DNA of 29,786 nucleotides from an uncultured Syntrophomonas sp. (GTDB lineage Bacteria; Bacillota; Syntrophomonadia; Syntrophomonadales; Syntrophomonadaceae): NCBI GenBank assembly GCA_964510795.1, contig CAZEDT010000034.1, positions 10,905 to 40,690 of the forward strand, read 5' to 3'. Shown piece by piece: positions 1 to 8,721 of this stretch (position 1 is its first letter; each line of letters starts with the position of its first letter). The notes under the pieces were generated by a model. It saw only the letters and a program-made list of their open reading frames with translations, ran no database searches and was not told where the DNA came from. The position numbers and the translations under genes were made by a program.

Positions 1-1007
1 TCGTTCCGGTAAGCTCAATAACCTTAGATAAGACTTCAGTAAATATGGGTATAGGTGACAGCCAGGATCTAACGGCCACCGTCCTGCCAAACAATGCTAC
101 CAACAAAGCGGTAAGCTGGACATCAAGTAATCCAGCTGCAGTCACGGTAAGTAATTCTGGTTTAGTAAAAGGAATAGCAGCCGGAACAGCAACCATCACC
201 GCAACTACCGAAGACGGCGGATTAACTGCAACATGTAATGTAGAGGTAGTGATCGTTCCGGTAAGCTCAATAACCTTAGATAAGACTTCAGTAAATATGG
301 GTATAGGTGACAGCCAGGATCTAACGGCCACCGTCCTGCCAAACAATGCTACCAACAAAGCGGTAAGCTGGACATCAAGTAATCCAGCTGCAGTCACGGT
401 AAGTAATTCTGGTTTAGTAAAAGGAATAGCAGCCGGAACAGCAACCATCACCGCAACTACCGAAGACGGCGGATTAACTGCAACATGTAATGTAGAGGTA
501 GTGATCGTTCCGGTAAGCTCAATAACCTTAGATAAGACTTCAGTAAATATGGGTATAGGGGGCAGCCAGGATTTAACCGCAACGGTGCTGCCAGCCAATG
601 CCACCAACAAAGCAGTAAGCTGGACATCGAGTAATCCAGCTGCAGTCACGGTAACTAGCAGCGGTCTGGTAAAAGGAATAGCAGCTGGTACAGCAACCAT
701 CACCGCAACTACCGAAGACGGCGGATTAACTGCAACATGTACGGTAGAGGTAGTAGTAGTTCCGGTAAGTTCAATAACCTTAGATAAGACTACATTGAAT
801 ATGGGTATAGGTGACAGCCAGGATCTAACGGCCACCGTCCTGCCAAACAATGCTACCAACAAAGCGGTAAGTTGGACATCAAGTAATCCGGAAGTAGCAA
901 CTGTAAGTAATTCTGGTCTAGTAACCGCAATTGCTGGCGGTAGCGTGACAATTACCGCAACCACAGAAGACGGAGGCTTCGCTGCATATTGTGGCATAAC
1001 CGTAACT
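1..1007 (+). repeat. Tandem in-frame 252-bp repeats (84 aa each) encoding Big2 domains
   Basis: Units at 1-252, 253-504, 505-756 and 757-~1007; the first two read as identical at the nucleotide level, the third and fourth have scattered substitutions. Confidence 0.93.
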
Positions 1008-2600
1008 GTTCCAGTAAAAACGGTATTTCTAAACCACAAACCTAGATATCTTAGCCTAGGCCAAACTATCACCTTGATCGCCGTAGTATTACCATCCAAC
1101 GCTACTAATAAAGCAGTAACGTTTAGTTCGTCAAACCCCGCTGTAGCAACTGTAGATAGCGAGGGTAAAGTAACCGGGATAAGTTTAGGTAATGCAACAA
1201 TTACCGTAACTACGATAGACGGAGGACATACCAATATTGTTGATATACCAGTTATTATTCCTATAACCAGCTTGTCTATAAATAAGGATAATACAAATTT
1301 AAATATAGGTGCCGAAGAAACTTTAATTGCTAATGTATTACCCGATAATGCTACCGAAACGGTGTACTGGGATTCTAGTAATCGTGAAATAGCTACAGTA
1401 GATTCTAATGGTAAAGTAACCGCGATATCAAATGGGACATCAATAATTATTGCATACACTAAAGGCACCAAAAATACAGCAACTTGTAGCGTAACAGTCA
1501 CCACACTGCCGGTAAGTTCAATCTCATTAGATAATACTACTTTAAATATAGGTGTAGGAGATAGCCGAGGTTTAACAGCCACAATAATGCCAGCCAATGC
1601 AAGCAACAAAGCCGTTAGATGGACTTCGAGTAATCCAACTGTAGCAACTGTAAATAGCCAAGGTCTAGTAAATGGAGTTAATGCCGGATCAGCTATTGTC
1701 ACAGCAACAACAGATGATGGCGGCTACACAGCGACTTGTAATGTGGAGGTAAATAATTCAATCGTCCATGTAAGCTCAATATCTTTGGATAGAATAAACC
1801 TTGCTATGATTACAGGCGATTACACGATATTAGTAGCTACCGTAAATCCCAACAATGCTACTGATAAATCGGTAGCATTTACAACCAGTGATCCATCAAT
1901 AGCTATAGTGGATGCTTTTGGTAAAGTAACTGCAGTATCAGTTGGCAGTGCAATAATTACTGCAACCACAAACGACGGTGGCAAAAAGGCTACTTGTAAT
2001 GTAACGGTAAACAACCTAAGACCTAATAATCAGTATGTATACGATTCATTAAATCGATTAATAACGATCTCAATGGATAATAAAACCATTACTTATCAGT
2101 ATGATTCCACCGGTAACATTACCGGAGTTAGCTATACTGGAACAACAGCCGGAGAAAACACCAACTTGGCATTAAATAAGTCCTACACAAAGTTTGAACA
2201 ACCGGATAGTAATTATGCTGATTCAGGTAATGAATCTACGGACGGAATCATATCAGGAGATTACTCGGATGGAAAGTCATATGGATATCGTATTCCTAGA
2301 GGGGAAAGCAAAAGTATAGACATTGTCTTGGACATGGGGCAATCAACTACAATAAATAAAGTAAAAGCAAATAAATTGAAGGGAATCCTAAACTACGGAG
2401 GTGATACCATTACTGTGTATACTAGTGAAGATGGGGCTAGCTATCAGTTAGCAGGCAGTTGTACATCATCTTCTAATTACTGGTATAGCATTCCCATTAC
2501 CAGTACAAACGCCCGCTATGTGAAAGTCAACTTCACCAAATATAACGATGGTTCATGGGGAAATGATTGGCTCTTCATTGATGAAATTAAGGTGTTTTAG
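3..2600 (+). CDS. Cell-surface protein with tandem Big2 (bacterial Ig-like 2) domains, a short RHS/YD-repeat segment and a C-terminal discoidin (F5/8 type C)-like domain; 5' end outside window
   Basis: Frame is open from base 3 (VPVSSITLDKTSVNMG...) so the track start at 45 is internal. Repeating ~84-aa units 'VSSITLDKTSVNMGIGDSQDLTATVLPNNATNKAVSWTSSNPAAVTVSNSGLVKGIAAGTATITATTEDGG' are typical Big2. 'YVYDSLNRLITISMDNKTITYQYDSTGNITGV' is YD-repeat-like. C-terminus 'NLALNKSY...WGNDWLFIDEIKVF' is discoidin-like. Confidence 0.88.
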   Translation, partial: VPVSSITLDKTSVNMGIGDSQDLTATVLPNNATNKAVSWTSSNPAAVTVSNSGLVKGIAAGTATITATTEDGGLTATCNVEVVIVPVSSITLDKTSVNMGIGDSQDLTATVLPNNATNKAVSWTSSNPAAVTVSNSGLVKGIAAGTATITATTEDGGLTATCNVEVVIVPVSSITLDKTSVNMGIGGSQDLTATVLPANATNKAVSWTSSNPAAVTVTSSGLVKGIAAGTATITATTEDGGLTATCTVEVVVVPVSSITLDKTTLNMGIGDSQDLTATVLPNNATNKAVSWTSSNPEVATVSNSGLVTAIAGGSVTITATTEDGGFAAYCGITVTVPVKTVFLNHKPRYLSLGQTITLIAVVLPSNATNKAVTFSSSNPAVATVDSEGKVTGISLGNATITVTTIDGGHTNIVDIPVIIPITSLSINKDNTNLNIGAEETLIANVLPDNATETVYWDSSNREIATVDSNGKVTAISNGTSIIIAYTKGTKNTATCSVTVTTLPVSSISLDNTTLNIGVGDSRGLTATIMPANASNKAVRWTSSNPTVATVNSQGLVNGVNAGSAIVTATTDDGGYTATCNVEVNNSIVHVSSISLDRINLAMITGDYTILVATVNPNNATDKSVAFTTSDPSIAIVDAFGKVTAVSVGSAIITATTNDGGKKATCNVTVNNLRPNNQYVYDSLNRLITISMDNKTITYQYDSTGNITGVSYTGTTAGENTNLALNKSYTKFEQPDSNYADSGNESTDGIISGDYSDGKSYGYRIPRGESKSIDIVLDMGQSTTINKVKANKLKGILNYGGDTITVYTSEDGASYQLAGSCTSSSNYWYSIPITSTNARYVKVNFTKYNDGSWGNDWLFIDEIKVF

Positions 2601-2700
2601 GTAACTATGGTTATGTTATAAGGATTTCCCCTTTTAATTTTATTGAAGTATTGCTTTTAATACCTATCTATTCAACTTTCAAGAAAAGGAGTGCTCTAAT

Positions 2701-5700
2701 TTGTCTAAAAAGTTTTTAAGTATAAGTTTTTTGGTATTGATGTTTTTATGTGTGAATTTAACGTTATTTCCACAGTCTACAAATGCAGCCGAATCTATTG
2801 AAGTTTCAACGGTTGAGGACTTGAATAATATGAGTAATAACGTTTACCAAGCTGTTACAATTGACGATGTTAAGCAGTTTTACCTCGCTTGTGATCCTGA
2901 AACCCGAAAATATTCCTTTGTGCTTGGACTCGTTGATGCAGCAACTGGAACACAGATTGTAAATGAGCCAATAATTACGGTCAATGGCGCTATTCCTATT
3001 CCCTTCACTTTAAACTATAATTCCCTGATGCTGGCTGAAGGCCCCATGGGTAAGGGCTGGGGCCACGATTATGAAACCCGCATTGACGAACAGCAGGATG
3101 GTAGCATAAAACTGTCTTGGACTGCTAACCGTTGTAATACCTTCAATCTGACAGGAGTTAATCAATACACATCATCAGACCAAGCCTGTAGATGTGATAA
3201 ACTGATAAAAAATGTCGACAACAGTTTTGATTTAACCCGCAAAGACCAGAGCGTTTATAAGTTTGATACTTCAGGAAAAATCATCCAACAACTGAACGGC
3301 CATGGGCAATCTCTCAACTTTGGCTACAACAGCTCAAACCATTTGCAAACAATAACAGAACCACTGTCTGGAAGAACCTTAACCATTACCTGTAATACAG
3401 CCAATCTAATAGCTTGCATCTCTGATGGTATGATGCGCCAGATAACATTTAGCTATGATGCTCAGAATAATATGACTGGAATTACCTACCCTGATAATAA
3501 GACAACTACCTTCACCTACGATTCCCAGGGACAGGTATTATCGCAAATCGATGGGGAAGGTAAACAAGTATTTCTTGATAATTATGATCAACAAGGGAGA
3601 GTAATCAGCCAGAAAGATGGCATTAACCAGACTAGTACCCTTGTTTACGATACAGGAAAACAGCCAGGCAAAATAGTAACTACCGTAATTAACAAAAATG
3701 GCAAGAGCAAGACATACATCCACAACAGCAAATATGAACTGGAACAGGCTGTAGACGAACTGAATCATACTAACATCTATACATATGATACCAATGGCAA
3801 CCGCACCAGTATAACGGATGCGGCTGCAAATAATACCATTATGACATACGACAACCGGAGCAACTTACTTACTACTACCGACGTGGCAGGCCATACCACA
3901 ACTATGGGCTATGATGACAAAAATAACCTTACATCTATTACTGATACTAATAACAAAACCACTACCAGTAGCTACGATGCTAACAATAATTTAACCTCTG
4001 CGACCGATACCTTAAATCATATTACCAGCTATAGCTACGATATTAATGGCTTATTAGTTAGTGAAACTCTACCCCGATTAGGACAGACCACCTACACCTA
4101 TGAAAATGGTATGTTAAAAACCATCACTGATCCTGTCGGAGTAACACTAAGCTATGGTTACGACAGCGCTGGCAGGGTAGCAAGCATCACCAATGCCAAT
4201 AACAAGACCAGTACCATAAGCTATGATATCCGGGACAACATTATCCAAACCAGAGACCCCTTAAACAATACCGCTAATTTCACCTATGACAGTAACGGAA
4301 ATCTATTGACGAAAACTGACGCCAGAGGCAACACAACCACCTATGCCTATGATGCCAACCTTAAATTGACCAGTGTTACAGATGCTTTAAGTAATATAAC
4401 GAGATATGAATACGATCCAGAAGGAAATTTAACTAAAACTACCGATGCCAGAGGCAACGCAGTAACAGCCGCCTATGATGATAAAGGCAGGCAGATATCC
4501 ATAACAAATCTACTAGGTAATACCAGTAAAGTTGAATATGATGCAGTAGGCAATATTACTGCCCAATACGATGCTTTAAATAAAAAAGCAGTTGCGATTA
4601 GCTATGACAAGCTGTACAACCCCTTAACTGTAACCGACGCATTAGGTAATACAACAACTAACGAATATGACCAATTAAGCCGTCTCAAAAAAACAAGCAG
4701 TCCTTTAAACCAGATTACTCAATATAATTATGATGACTTAAACCGTTTATCACAAAGCACTGATGCTATGAATGGCCTGGCCAGCCAGCAATATGACGAC
4801 GACGGCAACCATACAGCCATGATAGATCCAGCTAACAACACCCTGACCGCTACATATGATCTGGCCGGTAGACTGACAGCTGTCAGTTCCCCAACAGGAT
4901 CTCAACAATATGCCTGCAATCAACTGGGTTACTTGTCAAGCATCACCAATGGTCGTAATCAGAGTAGTGCCTATGTTTATGACGACGCAGGACGCTTAAT
5001 TAGCAAAACTGACTCAGGTGGAACCATTGCCTATACATATGATGCAAACGGAAATGTACTTACTGTGAGTGATACCAGCGGAACTATATCCAGAGAATAC
5101 GATGCACTAAATCGTATAACCCGTTACACCGATACCCGGGGTAACAATATCCAATATGCCTATGACCAAGTAGGGAATATGACCTTGTTGACCTACCCGG
5201 ATGGAAAACAGGTGAGCTACAGCTATGATAGCAGCAACCGCTTAATCCAGGTAACAGACTGGGCAGGAAGAACAACTACTTACATTTATAACCCAAATGG
5301 ACAGCTTACCCAAACAGTAAGACCAGATGGATCAACTGAAACCAGAACTTATGACGATAACGGTAGGATTATTCAGCAAAAGGATAGTACCAAGAATGGA
5401 GAAGTTATCAGTCAGAACGATTTAGCATACGATTCGGCAGGAAGAATAATTTCAAGTAGTCCAGATTTACAAGTATCTGAATCATTAGCTAAGAATAATA
5501 TAACTTATACTACCGATAACCGTCTTGCGAGCATAAACGGGATATCGGTCACCTACGATGCTGACGGTAATATGATAACCGGTCCCCTGAATGGACAACT
5601 AGTAAGCTTTATTTTTGATTCAAGGAACCGCCTTTCGAGTATTGGCAACACAACATACGCTTACGATGCTGAAAATAATAGGATTGGTGTAACAGAAAAC

Positions 5701-6765
5701 GGAATAGAAACTCAATACACGATTAACCCCCATACCCAACTAAGCCAGGCATTGGTGAGAACAACACCGGATGGCAATGAAACGTATTATATTTATGGAT
5801 TAGGACTAATCGGGCAGGAAGAATCGATCGGCTATAGAAACTATCACTATGATCTAAGAGGTAGCACCATAGCTCTAACTGATCGATACGGAACGATAAC
5901 CGATACTTATCAATACGGTCCATACGGGGAATTGGTCAACAAAAACGGTACCTGCTCCATCCCCTTTCTCTATAACGGCAGAGACGGAGTAATGACCGAT
6001 AATAACGGACTGTATTATATGCGAGCCAGATACTATAGTACAGAGATGTTAAGGTTTATAAACCAGGATGTACTCATAGGAAAAATTTCTGATAGTCAAA
6101 GCCTGAATCGGTATGCATATGTTAACGGGCAGCCAATCTCCTTTATTGACCCATTTGGACTACAACTTATGAATTGGGAAAACCTCGGTAAAACCTTTAA
6201 GCAGACAGGGCAGTATTTAGTTTCAAGAGAAGCTGGAGAAGCTTATTTAGATACAATTGGGACAGTAGCAGAGGCTCATGTTATCGCATTTTCGATGACG
6301 GAAGTAGCAGCAGCTGCTGTTGTGGATACTGCTGTAGTCGGGCGGAGGACTTTAAATACAGCTTCTAAGGGTGGGGGAAATGCTAAGTCATTATTTAGGG
6401 GTGAGCGATCTTCTGTAACACCGGATATTACTTTTGAACAAGGTTTATTACCTAAAGGCACTCATGGCAATTTAGAACAACACATAACAAGTAATACAAC
6501 AGCAGGTAACTTCATATCGACAACGTCGGAACGAGGCATTGCAGAACAATTTGCTGGGAAAAATGGTTATGTGTATGAGATTGAAACAACCAATTATATT
6601 GATGTTAATAAGGTACTTGGTGCAAAGTCTCCATTTCCTGAACAAATTGAGCATGCAATTCCAGGAGGTGTAAATCCATCACAAATTAAAGGAGTATGGG
6701 TAATGAAAAATAGTGTTCCGACAGGAGAATTTATCCCAAATCCGGGATTTAGAGGAGTAAAATAA
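2701..6765 (+). CDS. Secreted RHS/YD-repeat polymorphic toxin with C-terminal ADP-ribosyltransferase (enterotoxin A-like) domain
   Basis: TTG start after 'aaggag' RBS; signal peptide-like N-terminus (MSKKFLSISFLVLMFLCVNLTLFPQSTNAA); dozens of YD repeats; RHS core 'YQYGPYGELV...LYYMRARYYSTEMLRFINQDVL...NRYAYVNGQPISFIDPFG' ending at 6159; variable C-terminus has 'LFRG', 'GNFISTTSE', 'YVYEIETTNYIDVNKVLGAKSPFPEQIEHAIPGGVNPSQIKG', which follows the CtxA/LT-A layout. Confidence 0.9.
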   Translation: MSKKFLSISFLVLMFLCVNLTLFPQSTNAAESIEVSTVEDLNNMSNNVYQAVTIDDVKQFYLACDPETRKYSFVLGLVDAATGTQIVNEPIITVNGAIPIPFTLNYNSLMLAEGPMGKGWGHDYETRIDEQQDGSIKLSWTANRCNTFNLTGVNQYTSSDQACRCDKLIKNVDNSFDLTRKDQSVYKFDTSGKIIQQLNGHGQSLNFGYNSSNHLQTITEPLSGRTLTITCNTANLIACISDGMMRQITFSYDAQNNMTGITYPDNKTTTFTYDSQGQVLSQIDGEGKQVFLDNYDQQGRVISQKDGINQTSTLVYDTGKQPGKIVTTVINKNGKSKTYIHNSKYELEQAVDELNHTNIYTYDTNGNRTSITDAAANNTIMTYDNRSNLLTTTDVAGHTTTMGYDDKNNLTSITDTNNKTTTSSYDANNNLTSATDTLNHITSYSYDINGLLVSETLPRLGQTTYTYENGMLKTITDPVGVTLSYGYDSAGRVASITNANNKTSTISYDIRDNIIQTRDPLNNTANFTYDSNGNLLTKTDARGNTTTYAYDANLKLTSVTDALSNITRYEYDPEGNLTKTTDARGNAVTAAYDDKGRQISITNLLGNTSKVEYDAVGNITAQYDALNKKAVAISYDKLYNPLTVTDALGNTTTNEYDQLSRLKKTSSPLNQITQYNYDDLNRLSQSTDAMNGLASQQYDDDGNHTAMIDPANNTLTATYDLAGRLTAVSSPTGSQQYACNQLGYLSSITNGRNQSSAYVYDDAGRLISKTDSGGTIAYTYDANGNVLTVSDTSGTISREYDALNRITRYTDTRGNNIQYAYDQVGNMTLLTYPDGKQVSYSYDSSNRLIQVTDWAGRTTTYIYNPNGQLTQTVRPDGSTETRTYDDNGRIIQQKDSTKNGEVISQNDLAYDSAGRIISSSPDLQVSESLAKNNITYTTDNRLASINGISVTYDADGNMITGPLNGQLVSFIFDSRNRLSSIGNTTYAYDAENNRIGVTENGIETQYTINPHTQLSQALVRTTPDGNETYYIYGLGLIGQEESIGYRNYHYDLRGSTIALTDRYGTITDTYQYGPYGELVNKNGTCSIPFLYNGRDGVMTDNNGLYYMRARYYSTEMLRFINQDVLIGKISDSQSLNRYAYVNGQPISFIDPFGLQLMNWENLGKTFKQTGQYLVSREAGEAYLDTIGTVAEAHVIAFSMTEVAAAAVVDTAVVGRRTLNTASKGGGNAKSLFRGERSSVTPDITFEQGLLPKGTHGNLEQHITSNTTAGNFISTTSERGIAEQFAGKNGYVYEIETTNYIDVNKVLGAKSPFPEQIEHAIPGGVNPSQIKGVWVMKNSVPTGEFIPNPGFRGVK

Positions 6766-7188
6766 ATGAGTATTGAAAAGAAGAGTATTAAGCTACGAAT
6801 TAATGAAGAACCTGTGACTGTTGAAGATTTGATTTTGTGGGAAGAAGCGCCTGACGATGAGGAGATGGTTCTCTTAGAGTTGACTGTTTCCGGTCGGATA
6901 ATCAGTGTTAAAGATGAAAATCTCTTTTCAGCATTAACAGCATTAAGGCAAGAGTTAGAGGCAGTAAGTATTCAGATTTTGTGTAATGGTGCTGCTGAAA
7001 ATGTTTATCCGTCACCAATGCAGATGTCAATGGGGCCAGGCAGATTGGCGTATAAATTGTGTATGGGAGTGCAGACTGGAGTTGCGGATATTGTTGATAT
7101 TTTCGATTGTGATGAGAACTTGAAGTTTGTAACGATAGATGAACAATCAAAATATTACTCGGAATGGATAAAAAGTGTTATGAAATAA
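6766..7188 (+). CDS. Putative immunity protein for the RHS-ART toxin (hypothetical, 140 aa)
   Basis: ATG at 6766 directly abuts the TAA (6763-6765) of the RHS gene; small, soluble, acidic protein; position immediately after a variable RHS C-terminus is the canonical immunity position. Function inferred from position only. Confidence 0.62.
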   Translation: MSIEKKSIKLRINEEPVTVEDLILWEEAPDDEEMVLLELTVSGRIISVKDENLFSALTALRQELEAVSIQILCNGAAENVYPSPMQMSMGPGRLAYKLCMGVQTGVADIVDIFDCDENLKFVTIDEQSKYYSEWIKSVMK

Positions 7189-7231
7189 ATGTATGGGATT
7201 CAATGATAGAATATTGAAGAAAGGCTTAGAT

Positions 7232-7669
7232 ATGGCTATTAAGTTTTATAAAGTAGATGAACAATATGGTTGCCTTTCAAACTTTTCAAAGCACGGATTT
7301 GAATTAGATGGAAAGTATTGGCCCACTAGCGAACACTACTTTCAAGCTCAAAAGTTTGTCGGTACTGAATATGAAGAAGCTGTCAGAATGGCAAAATCGC
7401 CAATGGATGCAGCTCGAATGGGCCGAGATAGGAAAAAACCATTACGCCAAGATTGGGAAGACGTTAAGAATGGAATTATGAGGAAGGCGGTTTTGCAAAA
7501 ATTTCAAACGCATCAAGATATACTTGAAACTTTGTTATTGACTGGAGATGAGGAAATCATTGAAGACACAGTTGATGACTATTATTGGGGTTGCGGCCAA
7601 AATGGAGATGGGTTGAATGTTCTTGGCCTAATTCTTATGGAAGTACGATCAATTCTGAAGGAGACTTAA
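7232..7669 (+). CDS. NADAR (YbiA-like) family protein, predicted ADP-ribose/riboside-modified substrate hydrolase
   Basis: 'MAIKFYKVDEQYGCLSNFSKHGFELDGKYWPTSEHYFQAQKF...AARMGRDRKKPLRQDWEDVKNGIMRKAVLQKFQ...LLTGDEEIIEDTVDDYYWGCGQNGDGLNVLGLILMEVR' has the NADAR signatures. Track start is 7193; the ATG at 7232 (MAIKFYK) is the more likely start. Confidence 0.85.
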   Translation: MAIKFYKVDEQYGCLSNFSKHGFELDGKYWPTSEHYFQAQKFVGTEYEEAVRMAKSPMDAARMGRDRKKPLRQDWEDVKNGIMRKAVLQKFQTHQDILETLLLTGDEEIIEDTVDDYYWGCGQNGDGLNVLGLILMEVRSILKET

Positions 7670-7690
7670 AGATCGATAGTTTAACTGTTC

Positions 7691-7735
7691 CCGCCATCCC
7701 TGCATTGCCTGTAAGGTTGGCGGGCTTTCTTTTGT
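7691..7735 (+). terminator. Rho-independent terminator closing the RHS-immunity-NADAR operon
   Basis: CCCGCCA ... TGGCGGG stem (7691-7697 / 7719-7725) followed by CTTTCTTTTG. Confidence 0.75.
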
Positions 7736-7823
7736 CCAATTTAATATACTTAATAGGCACTTTTGTATTTACATATATGTTAATTTTGTATATACTTATA
7801 TCATAAAAGGAGGTGTCATTCAA

Positions 7824-8363
7824 ATGGCAGACATAATAAACATCCGCATCACCAAAGATTGTCCAGAGGTTTCACTCATGGATGAAACCGCCCAAGCCCT
7901 TGGCATGTCGAGAAACGAAATGATTATCAAGGCTATTACCATGATGGTTAACTTCGACCGGACATTCTACAAACGTCTGGAAAAATACAGCGAGAACCTC
8001 AAGGTTCCCATGTGGCTGGCGATCCAAAACACCATGGTCAAGAAATGGGCAGAGAGCAGCGCCAAAAAGAACGCATGGGAGAATAACTCAGAAATTCTGC
8101 TGGAGTATTCCTGCACAGAGGATGGCTTCATTCAGCCCAAGGAACTCTATGAAATGGTTTACAAGATAACCTTTGAAGCAGAGACCAAGGAACGCTTCAA
8201 ACAGCTTTCCGAAGATTTGAACAAGGGCATGAAGCTATCAGCAGCAGATCAGGAATTCTACAATGAGTTCAAACCCAAATACGGCTACATCCCCAGACTT
8301 GAACGCGAGAGCTTTGATATCAGCGAAACTTACTGGGAAAGCGACCTAAAGGGGCGTGAGTAG
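7824..8363 (+). CDS. Hypothetical protein, mobile-element/phage-like (N-terminal segment resembles ribbon-helix-helix-type small DNA-binding proteins)
   Basis: Intact 179-aa ORF preceded by 'aaaggaggtg' RBS; 'INIRITKDCPEVSLMDETAQALGMSRNEMIIKAITMMV'. Confidence 0.6.
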   Translation: MADIINIRITKDCPEVSLMDETAQALGMSRNEMIIKAITMMVNFDRTFYKRLEKYSENLKVPMWLAIQNTMVKKWAESSAKKNAWENNSEILLEYSCTEDGFIQPKELYEMVYKITFEAETKERFKQLSEDLNKGMKLSAADQEFYNEFKPKYGYIPRLERESFDISETYWESDLKGRE

Positions 8364-8364
8364 C

Positions 8365-8538
8365 ATGAAACGAATCATTTGTCCAAGATGCAAAAAACTG
8401 GCCTACTACGCAGAGAATGGCGCGGTAGAAGCCAAATGTCCCCACTGTGAGTGCTTCGTAAGGGCGGTGTTTGCAGATGGGAAGATCAAGACCAGTATTG
8501 TACCGCCGAGAACCAATCAAAACCACATACCAGCATAG
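8365..8538 (+). CDS. Small zinc-ribbon protein
   Basis: 'MKRIICPRCKKLAYYAENGAVEAKCPHCECFVRAVF' with two CPxC knuckles; the track start at 8356 is a GTG overlapping the previous stop, ATG at 8365 also possible. Confidence 0.6.
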   Translation: MKRIICPRCKKLAYYAENGAVEAKCPHCECFVRAVFADGKIKTSIVPPRTNQNHIPA

Positions 8539-8568
8539 AGCCATAAGGAACCGGATGAGTTACCACGG

Positions 8569-8624
8569 AGCCTAGCAGACGGAAAGTAGATCGATTTCTA
8601 CTCCTGTTTGTTAGGCTTTTTTGT
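8569..8624 (+). terminator. Long hairpin followed by T tract, probable rho-independent terminator
   Basis: AGCCTAGCAGACGGA...AGTAGA-tcgatt-TCTACT...TCCTGTTTGTTAGGCT (8569-8617) followed by TTTTTT. Confidence 0.65.
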
Positions 8625-8721
8625 TTGGCTCAAAGTTGAGCAAAAGTATCGATTACAGCAAATTTCAATTGAGACTTATTGGTTTCCTGAAAATGAGAAG
8701 CCAATCGAGGGAGGTGAGAAC

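Noticed and set aside
1-1007. Tandem repeats considered as CRISPR or satellite DNA
   Set aside because: The 252-bp period is in-frame and encodes Big2 domains without spacers.
3538-6654. Several antisense or alternate-frame ORFs inside the RHS gene (3538-3768, 5084-5275, 5723-5923, 6276-6461, 6472-6654)
   Set aside because: Fully inside a strongly supported coding frame; translations are low-complexity products of repeat sequence with no recognisable domains.
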